Source: Candidatus Hydrogenedentota bacterium (GTDB taxonomy: Bacteria > Hydrogenedentota > Hydrogenedentia > Hydrogenedentales > SLHB01). Taken from it: a stretch of DNA of 64,000 nucleotides. Under the pieces are notes generated by a model. That model ran no database searches. It saw nothing but the letters and a program-made list of their open reading frames with translations, and had not been told where the DNA came from. The position numbers and the translations under genes are program-made. Positions within the stretch are counted from its first letter, which is position 1, and each line of letters starts with the position of its first letter. Shown here in pieces: positions 58,494 through 64,000 of the stretch. Location of the stretch: assembly GCA_029974275.1 (NCBI GenBank), contig JARKSN010000316.1, forward strand, positions 8,125 to 72,124. Reading direction: 5' to 3'.

Positions 58494-59204
58494 CTAGGGA
58501 TTACGAGGCAGCGAAACAAGTCGCTCCTGGCCATGCGGATCAGCACTGGCCAAAAGATGACGCGTCACGTCCGCCAGCGAATCGTACACGGCCTCCGGTT
58601 CGAGCGCCTCGAGGACTGCACGGGTGGCGTACCCCGTCGTTACGCACAAACAGCGAGCGCCTGCCGCGTGCGCGGCCAGCACGTCAAAATGCGTGTCGCC
58701 GACAAATGCCATCGCGTGCGCCGGAACGCCAAGCGCCTCGGCGGAAGCCAGCACCGCTGCCGGGTGCGGCTTCGGATGATTCACTTCGCGCGGACCAATG
58801 CGCGACTCGAAAAAATCCAGCACTCCCAAATGCGCAAGAATCCTTTCCGAATACGTCCGCAGCTTGGAAGTCGCAAAACCAATGCGCATGCCCGATGCTC
58901 GAAGCTGCTCCAGCGCCTCGCGGGCTCCCGGGAGCAGAAAGGTCTTGTCGCACATCACCGACGCGTAGTACTCCCGATACACGCGCGCGCACGTCGCCGG
59001 ATCGCGCTTCGAAAACAGGGCGAACTGATCCTCAAGAAGGTGGCCAATAGTGCCCACAAGAGCGTCCCGTTCCGGTCGCGGCTCGCCCAGCGTGTCAAAG
59101 GTGTGGAAGAACGACTCCACGATTGCCTCGGTCGAATCGATGATCGTCCCGTCAAGATCGAAGGTTACGGCCAGAACGCGGTCGTGTCGTGCGGCATTGA
59201 GCAT
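58494..59204 (-). CDS. HAD-superfamily hydrolase (phosphoglycolate phosphatase-like)
   Basis: FDLDGTIIDS, ATSK, KPHP, VGDTHFD. Confidence 0.9.
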   Translation of the reverse strand: MLNAARHDRVLAVTFDLDGTIIDSTEAIVESFFHTFDTLGEPRPERDALVGTIGHLLEDQFALFSKRDPATCARVYREYYASVMCDKTFLLPGAREALEQLRASGMRIGFATSKLRTYSERILAHLGVLDFFESRIGPREVNHPKPHPAAVLASAEALGVPAHAMAFVGDTHFDVLAAHAAGARCLCVTTGYATRAVLEALEPEAVYDSLADVTRHLLASADPHGQERLVSLPRNP

Positions 59205-59234
59205 GAGATGAAGAATCCAATGGTTGCGCCAGGC

Positions 59235-59855
59235 CTAATCGATGCGCACGCGGCGGCCTTCGATATGCACACGGCCTTCGGCGATGAGTTGAATGGCCCT
59301 GGGAAATAATTCGCGCTCGCAGGTCTGCACGCGCGCCGCAAGGGCGTCCGGAGTGTCGTCGTCAAGCACGGGCACGCTTGCTTGGAGGATGATCGGGCCG
59401 TGGTCGTACTGATCGTCGACAAAATGCACCGTTGCGCCGGTCAACTTCGCGCCATACGCGAGGACAGCTTCGTGCACGTAGTGGCCGTACATGCCTTTCC
59501 CGCAGAATGCCGGGATCAGCGCCGGGTGCACGTTGAGGATGCGCCCCGCGAAGTCCTTGGGCACTTCCAGCAGACTCATGAACCCTGCCAAAGCGACAAA
59601 GTCCACCGGGTGCTGGCGTACGGTCCGCCATAATGCCGCGTTGAAGTCCGCACTCGATGCAAAATCCTTGCGGTTGACGACAACGGCCGGGATGCCGTGC
59701 CTGCGTGCGCGTTCGATCCCATAGGCGTCCTGGCGAGAGCTGACGACGCACGTCACCCGCGCGCTCAATTCGCCGCGATCGATGCGATCGACGAGATTCT
59801 GCAGCGTTGTGCCGTTGCCCGAAAGCAGTACGGCGAGGTTTAGCGCCATGCCCAC
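59235..59855 (-). CDS. purN: Phosphoribosylglycinamide formyltransferase
   Basis: LSGNGTTLQ, LAGFM, LNVHPAL.P.F, GATVHFV...YD.GPII.Q. Confidence 0.95.
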   Translation of the reverse strand: MGMALNLAVLLSGNGTTLQNLVDRIDRGELSARVTCVVSSRQDAYGIERARRHGIPAVVVNRKDFASSADFNAALWRTVRQHPVDFVALAGFMSLLEVPKDFAGRILNVHPALIPAFCGKGMYGHYVHEAVLAYGAKLTGATVHFVDDQYDHGPIILQASVPVLDDDTPDALAARVQTCERELFPRAIQLIAEGRVHIEGRRVRID

Positions 59856-59870
59856 TCCGTTTTCCGCGCG

Positions 59871-60707
59871 TCACTCCGGCCAGAGACCGGAGTAGACTTC
59901 CGTGGCGGGGCCTTCCTGGTAGACGCAGCCGTCGTCGGCCCATTCAATGGTGAGCGCGCCGTAGACGAGGCGCACGTCGACCCGGCGATCGACGCGCCCG
60001 GTGATCATGCTGGCCAGCGCCGAGCCGCACGATCCGCTGCCGCTGGCCATGGTGATGCCGCTGCCGCGCTCCCAGATGCGCATGACGATGGCGGCGTGAT
60101 CGATGACGCTGACGAACTCCACGTTCGTGCGCTGGGGGAACGCCGGATGATTCTCGATTTTCGGGCCAATCTCGGCAAGGTTGACGGCCGTGGCGTCGTC
60201 GACGAACACCACGGCATGCGGATTCCCGACGTTGGCGCAGGTGACTTTCACCTGGCAATCGCCAAGGTCGAGCGGCTCTTCAATCACGCGTCCAGGCGGG
60301 CCGATCATCGGAATTTCCGCGCGCTCGAACTTGGGCTTTCCCATGTTTGAACGAACCGTCAGGACGTTGCCGTCCCGAACATTCAAGCGCACGCGGTTTG
60401 GCCCGGCGAGCGTGTCAATGACAAAATCGGTCTTATGCGTCATGCCACGCTCGTACACGTACTTGGCGAAACAGCGGATGCCGTTGCCGCAGGTCTCGGC
60501 TTCGCTGCCATCGGCGTTGAATATCCGCATCCTGAAATCGCCCGACTCGCCCGGCAGCACGAGGATGATGCCGTCCGATCCGGCGCCCAGATGGCGGTGG
60601 CTCATCCGGCGGGACAACTCGGCGGGATCGGCGACCGCATATTTTTCGCCGTTTATAAAAAGATAATCGTTCCCCAGCCCGTGGAGTTTCGTGAATTCGA
60701 TGGCCAT
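59871..60707 (-). CDS. dapF: Diaminopimelate epimerase
   Basis: KLHGLGNDY, NADGSEAETCGNG.RC, GNPHAV, NVEF, ERGSG.T.ASGSG. Confidence 0.93.
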   Translation of the reverse strand: MAIEFTKLHGLGNDYLFINGEKYAVADPAELSRRMSHRHLGAGSDGIILVLPGESGDFRMRIFNADGSEAETCGNGIRCFAKYVYERGMTHKTDFVIDTLAGPNRVRLNVRDGNVLTVRSNMGKPKFERAEIPMIGPPGRVIEEPLDLGDCQVKVTCANVGNPHAVVFVDDATAVNLAEIGPKIENHPAFPQRTNVEFVSVIDHAAIVMRIWERGSGITMASGSGSCGSALASMITGRVDRRVDVRLVYGALTIEWADDGCVYQEGPATEVYSGLWPE

Positions 60708-60718
60708 ATCGTTGTCTT

Positions 60719-61735
60719 TCAGGAGTTGTTCTGGGCGTTTTCCGCAAACGCGATCGCGCCCAAAACCAAGCGTTCGATCAAGACGGGAAACGAAATGCCC
60801 GCCACCGCCGCCGCCTGCGGAAACAAGGAAGTCTCCGTCATTCCCGGAATCGTGTTGATCTCAAACCACACAGGTCCCCGGTCGGTCAGTATCATATCAC
60901 TGCGGCTCAGCCCGCGGCAACCAAGGGCGTCATGGGCCTTGACGGCATACTCTTGCACGAGGCCCGTCATGTCTTCCGGAATGCGTGCAGGCGTGATTTC
61001 TTCAGAAGCGCCCGGATCATACTTGGCGGCGTAATCGAAAAATTTCGACGTCAGCGGGCGTATTTCCGTCACGGGCAAAGCCCACGGGCGCCCCCCCGGA
61101 GCAACATCCATCACGCCGCACGTCAACTCGACGCCCTCTAGGAATTCCTCCACCAGAACGGTGTCGCCATACGAAAGCACGTCCAACAAGGCGGATTCAA
61201 AATGTTCCGCAGTGTCCGGAATGGCCATGCCAATGCTGGACCCCTGGCATGGGCTTTTGATCACGCAGGGAAAACCGATCCGCGTCGTGATCCGGGCGAT
61301 CGTCTCGTGCGGCACGGAGTCCCATTCGCGCCGCGTAATGATTTCATGCCGCGCCACGGGCACGCCCGCTTGGCTGACAACGGCCTTCGAACGTATCTTG
61401 TCCATGGCAAGGGCGCTGGCCGCGCAGCCCGGACCGGTGTACGGAATGCCAAGCATGTCGAACATCCCTTGAATGCGTCCGTCCTCGCCGAAAGGACCGT
61501 GCAGCGCGAGGAACACGCAGTCAATCCGCAACGCCATCAACTGGGGCAAGGCCTCATGCACATCGATGGCAGGCGTTCCGAGCAGTTTCCACTTTCCATT
61601 GCGCGTAATCGTGATGGGGGTGACGTTGAATTTGTCGCGATCGATGCTGCCAACGACCATCGCGCCGGTCTTCACCGAAACATCGTGTTCAGAACTGATG
61701 CCGCCCATCAGGACGGCCACGTGATGCTTTCTCAT
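60719..61735 (-). CDS. ddl: D-alanine--D-alanine ligase
   Basis: MGGISSEHDVS, LHG.FGEDG, MDK, GSSIG, FFDYAAKY, EINTIPGMT. Confidence 0.95.
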   Translation of the reverse strand: MRKHHVAVLMGGISSEHDVSVKTGAMVVGSIDRDKFNVTPITITRNGKWKLLGTPAIDVHEALPQLMALRIDCVFLALHGPFGEDGRIQGMFDMLGIPYTGPGCAASALAMDKIRSKAVVSQAGVPVARHEIITRREWDSVPHETIARITTRIGFPCVIKSPCQGSSIGMAIPDTAEHFESALLDVLSYGDTVLVEEFLEGVELTCGVMDVAPGGRPWALPVTEIRPLTSKFFDYAAKYDPGASEEITPARIPEDMTGLVQEYAVKAHDALGCRGLSRSDMILTDRGPVWFEINTIPGMTETSLFPQAAAVAGISFPVLIERLVLGAIAFAENAQNNS

Positions 61736-61901
61736 GTGCAGGGCCACTCCTCCCGCAAACCCACGCCGCTGCATTCTCCCGGCGCGCTATCGCCTCGCCG
61801 TCCCCTATCCATGACGTTCGCTATCGTGGGCGTTGGTGGCCACAGGATAGCACAAAAGCATTGTCGACGCGAAGAACTGAAAAAACGGGAGAATCCGGTA
61901 G

Positions 61902-63539
61902 CTACGTCGCAAGCTTGATGATACGCACTTTGCTGGGAGCATCCACGTGCGTATCGACGGAGCCGTCAGCGCGTTTGCGGTGCTGGACTTTGACCGGACC
62001 GAAGGGCGTGGCCATTGAGCCGCTGGCGTATTCGAGGTCGCCGAGATGCGGGCGCACGCGAACGGAAGCGCAGCCAGGTTCGACCGGCGCAAGGCCGAGC
62101 ACGTGTTCGATGAGCCATGCCGCCGGACCGCCCGCCCAGCCGTGACAAAAACTGTGGCGCAGGCCCTTGTAACAGTAGTTGCCGAAGTCGGCATGCAAGT
62201 CCTTCTTGCCCGGCGGGACGAGTTCGTCGATGCGTCCGGCGTTCTCGGTCCATTCGAGTTGGAAGTCTTCCCAGAACGTCGTTGCGCCGCAATCGAGCAT
62301 CGCGCCCCAGTATTTGCGAATGACGTCCAGCGCACCGGTATAATCGCCCGCAAGCGCCCGCGCCTGGAGGACGTAGTAGCCGTAAAAAGTGCTGAGATCG
62401 GACAGGGGATTCGCGGCAAGCGTTTCGCGGTTTGTTTTCTCTGCATCAGCCAAGCCTGCCAGGACAAGCATTGCATTCGCGACTTTTCGCGGCGAGGGCG
62501 GGGGGGCATATCGCCGCAACTGTTCCGCCGCCAACTGGCATGCCGCTTTCTCCTCGTCGGCGTCGAGAAGGTCGCACAACTCCGCGCCTGCGGCCATCGT
62601 CATCGTCATCAGCGCCTGCAAACCCACGTGGATCGCGCCAGGGTCCTCGCTCGACGGCCAATCGAGAAAACGTCCGCCCGTCAACTGCTCGCGCCCGTCT
62701 TCGGCGATATGCGTGCGCAGGTGTTTCAGCAGCGGCAACAGGTAATCTCGCTGTTTGCGCAGATAGCCGGCATCGCCGTGGAAACGGTGCCACGCATGAT
62801 GCACCAATACCCACCACATCGAATACGAACTGATGCCGTGCATCCACTCGGGCAGCGGCCAATGATCGCGGACATAGTCCAGCGTCTCCTCGACCACGCG
62901 CTGCCGCCCGAAGACGTTGCAGATCACCATCGTTTCGGGATGCAAATCGCCGATCCACGCCAGCCGGTCGCGTTTGATGCCGTCCCACACGAGGTCTTGC
63001 ATGCAGCAGTGCACGGTGTATGTCGCCGTGCGCCAGATGGCGTTCAAACGCTCGTCGTTGCATTCGAACGATCCCTGATATTCGATCGGGCGCATCAACG
63101 ACACCGCGCGCACATGCTTCAGTTCAAGCCGTTCGTTGGGTTCGACGAGATCGAGGCGCACGAAACGAAACCCCGTGTTGCCAATCTCCGTCTGACCGAA
63201 CCAGGGGATATCGCAGAGGGTGTTGTGGATTGCGTGGTCGTTGTCGGTATTACCCATGGCTTCACTGACCGATTCGCCAAAGCGCACGCGCACTTGTATG
63301 GGTTTGTGCGACGGCGTTATCGCATTCACGATCTGCACGCCTCCATGGAGTTCGCGCCCGAAATCCAGCAACAGGCCCGGCTCGCGACCGTCTTTGCTCT
63401 CCAGAATGCACATGCCCTCGCCCAACGTCAGCAACGAATCCGCGCCTTGCGGGGTCGCTGCTCCGTCCGTCGTCCATACCACGCGGGCGGGCGCAATATA
63501 CGTTCGTTCACGCGGGTCGCGGGCGGCGTTCGAATTCAT
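61902..63539 (-). CDS. Alpha-L-rhamnosidase-like glycoside hydrolase (GH78)
   Basis: LLDFGRE, GFRFV, DGIKRDRLAWIGD, GATTFWE, SFCHGW. Confidence 0.85.
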   Translation of the reverse strand: MNSNAARDPRERTYIAPARVVWTTDGAATPQGADSLLTLGEGMCILESKDGREPGLLLDFGRELHGGVQIVNAITPSHKPIQVRVRFGESVSEAMGNTDNDHAIHNTLCDIPWFGQTEIGNTGFRFVRLDLVEPNERLELKHVRAVSLMRPIEYQGSFECNDERLNAIWRTATYTVHCCMQDLVWDGIKRDRLAWIGDLHPETMVICNVFGRQRVVEETLDYVRDHWPLPEWMHGISSYSMWWVLVHHAWHRFHGDAGYLRKQRDYLLPLLKHLRTHIAEDGREQLTGGRFLDWPSSEDPGAIHVGLQALMTMTMAAGAELCDLLDADEEKAACQLAAEQLRRYAPPPSPRKVANAMLVLAGLADAEKTNRETLAANPLSDLSTFYGYYVLQARALAGDYTGALDVIRKYWGAMLDCGATTFWEDFQLEWTENAGRIDELVPPGKKDLHADFGNYCYKGLRHSFCHGWAGGPAAWLIEHVLGLAPVEPGCASVRVRPHLGDLEYASGSMATPFGPVKVQHRKRADGSVDTHVDAPSKVRIIKLAT

Positions 63540-63621
63540 TGGGCCTCCATTGAATGTTGTGCGCGCATCGGTTTCGGGAAAAGGCAGGGGGATCCTTTTT
63601 CAAAAGAGATTCGCCCGGCGG

Positions 63622-64000
63622 CTATTGTTTTGTCTTCTTCTCCGTAATCAACACGGGCGTTCCCTCGGCAATGCGATCATACGCTTCGATGACATCATCA
63701 TTGCGCAGGCGGACGCAGCCGTGCGACGAAGGCGTGCCGATCTGGTCTTCGGCATTGGTGCCGTGGATATAGATGCACCGCGCCATGCTGTCGACTTTGC
63801 CGCCTTTGTTCTTGCCCGGCTCAAGACCGTCGAGAAACAACACCCGAGTGAGGACGAGATCGTCTCTCGCGTCGTCGCCCGGCTTCCATATCAGGGCGGT
63901 GGCTTTGCCGCCGCGAAACACGCGTCCCCACGGCTCGCCGTTGCCGGTCTTGCGCGCCACCACATGCCAGCCTAACGGAGTTTTGAGACTGTCCATCTCC
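63622..64000 (-). CDS. L,D-transpeptidase (YkuD family), 5' end outside the window
   Basis: TPLG, IYIHGT...IG...SHGCVRL. Confidence 0.88.
   Translation of the reverse strand, partial: EMDSLKTPLGWHVVARKTGNGEPWGRVFRGGKATALIWKPGDDARDDLVLTRVLFLDGLEPGKNKGGKVDSMARCIYIHGTNAEDQIGTPSSHGCVRLRNDDVIEAYDRIAEGTPVLITEKKTKQ

Noticed and set aside
60719..61735. VanA-like D-Ala-D-Lac ligase
   Set aside because: The omega loop is FFDYAAKY with Tyr, typical of D-Ala-D-Ala ligases; no vanH/vanX nearby.

Overview
A 64-kb, GC-rich bacterial chromosomal segment from a diderm with peptidoglycan (pal, cpoB, ddl, dapF, L,D-transpeptidase). The gene content suggests a PVC-related or Hydrogenedentes-like organism, but that is only an impression. 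The window very probably contains oriC: four DnaA boxes at 11-bp spacing lie at ~6.16-6.21 kb upstream of a stand-alone dnaA, core genes point away from this site, and recF-dciA-gyrB-gyrA lie 10-18 kb away. Most genes are housekeeping or metabolic (queD/queE, thpR, nnrE, tRNA-Arg, pal-cpoB, photolyase, ruvAB, purN, dapF, ddl, GH78). Accessory elements: (1) a BglII/BstYI-like type II restriction-modification pair between gyrB and gyrA. (2) A ~10.3-kb minus-strand operon (30290-40600), the best candidate for an undescribed system. It encodes an oversized ECF-sigma-like protein, a putative anti-sigma or protease substrate, a CHAT (caspase-like) protease with an intact His/Cys dyad, and a ~2,200-aa membrane-anchored beta-propeller protein. 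The last two overlap and would join into one ~2,570-aa receptor-protease by a -1 frameshift. (3) A lipoprotein with four avidin-like barrel repeats, a ceramidase/Ntn-hydrolase fusion, and an orphan HicB. No CRISPR array, integrase or transposase was seen. All family assignments come from motifs read by eye; no database search was run.
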